Virus record (IMG/VR): IMGVR_UViG_3300005964_000010
Location: 1-17,323 of that record
DNA length: 17,323 bases
Strand: one strand, 5' to 3'
Part shown: positions 16,611 through 17,323 of the stretch, one piece after another
Layout: the number at the start of each line of letters is the position of its first letter
Numbering within the stretch: the stretch's first letter is position 1
Program-made: the position numbers and the translations under genes
Notes under the pieces: model-generated
Seen by the model: the letters and a program-made list of their open reading frames with translations, nothing else
Databases searched by the model: none
Told to the model about the DNA's origin: nothing

Positions 16611-16901
16611 ATGAAAGAAGAGAAAAGTATGAAGAAACAAAAAAATAAGTATATAGAACTTAGAATACCTTCAAAGTATAAAAATCTTTTTTATGAAAAA
16701 CGTGAGTTAATAAAGCAAGAGATAGATAAAATAATAAATCAACAAAAAGACTTTAAAGAAACTGAAAGTAGAGATGTATATGATGAAAGAGTGTTTTTTA
16801 CAGTGGACGAGTTATATTATCAAAAATTAGAAGAGTTATCTAGAAAATATAATATTAAAATAGCTAAGATAATAAGATCTATATTCTTCCAAATAAGTTA
16901 A
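16611..16901 (+). CDS. Putative tandem RHH DNA-binding protein
   Basis: YIELRIP...; RVFFTVDELYYQKLEELSRKYNIKIAKIIRSI fits an RHH pattern. Confidence 0.7.
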   Translation: MKEEKSMKKQKNKYIELRIPSKYKNLFYEKRELIKQEIDKIINQQKDFKETESRDVYDERVFFTVDELYYQKLEELSRKYNIKIAKIIRSIFFQIS

Positions 16902-16955
16902 TTATTTTTTTCGACTATTTTTAAGACATAAAAACGTCCTAAGTTACGTCCTTAT

Positions 16956-16975
16956 AAATATATAAATATGTCATA
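16956..16975 (+). promoter_or_regulatory. TATA+GTC promoter of SSB gene
   Basis: AAATATATAAATATGTCATA, 28 bp before ATG 17003. AGGAG Shine-Dalgarno follows. Confidence 0.7.
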
Positions 16976-17002
16976 TTCTAAGTTTTTAGTTAGGAGAAAA
17001 AC

Positions 17003-17323
17003 ATGGCGTCCCTCAAAGAAATAATAGATGAGTTAGGCCAACAGGCCAAACAAAATAATAAGATAGTATCTAGAATATTAAAAATCAAAGGTATAAAGCG
17101 AATTGTAGTGCAACTAAATGCTATTCCTAACGGAAATTCAGTAAGATACAGTATGACTATCCATAGTCAAAATAACTTCAGAAAGCAGATAGGAATAACT
17201 GCTGATGATGCTGAAGATCTAAGACTTATCTCAGAGTTTCTGGAAAAATATGCAGATTTGCTTAATGAATACGTAAGATTTACTAGTAGAAATAATAATA
17301 GAGTCCAAGAAGAAGAATTGGAA
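17003..17323 (+). CDS. Single-stranded DNA-binding protein (SIRV2 gp17 / ORF131-like), truncated by window end
   Basis: MASLKEIIDELGQQAKQNNKIVSRILKIKGIKRIVVQLNAIP...YSMTIHSQNNFRKQIGIT...EFLEKYADLLNEYV...QEEELE, next to rep as in SIRV. Confidence 0.88.
   Translation, partial: MASLKEIIDELGQQAKQNNKIVSRILKIKGIKRIVVQLNAIPNGNSVRYSMTIHSQNNFRKQIGITADDAEDLRLISEFLEKYADLLNEYVRFTSRNNNRVQEEELE

Overview
This AT-rich window is the central core of an archaeal rod-shaped virus genome (Rudiviridae, SIRV/ARV/SRV-like, Sulfolobales host). The assignment rests on recognising these translations: the 134-aa major capsid protein, three large minor virion proteins (SIRV2 ORF488, ORF1070 and ORF564 types), Hjc resolvase, a GNAT acetyltransferase, a GT4 glycosyltransferase, dUTPase/dCTP deaminase, an SvtR-like RHH regulator, the pyramid egress protein PVAP (P98), HUH Rep and a gp17-like SSB. 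Accessory content includes a beta-class DNA methyltransferase, several Zn-finger proteins and small ORFs missing from the supplied track. Main oddities: (1) the ~1058-aa terminal-fibre gene is split by a single -1 frameshift at G_TTA_AAG next to a stop codon; (2) the methyltransferase is bracketed by an exact 20-bp direct repeat of the TATA+GTC promoter, like a cassette; (3) the same promoter module recurs about 13 times, including an exact inverted pair and a palindromic bidirectional promoter; (4) a CATAATATTATG palindromic operator lies upstream of virion/core genes three times; (5) a 3x36-bp tandem-repeat microprotein; (6) a structured 330-bp intergenic region. Homology calls come from recognition by eye, not database searches.
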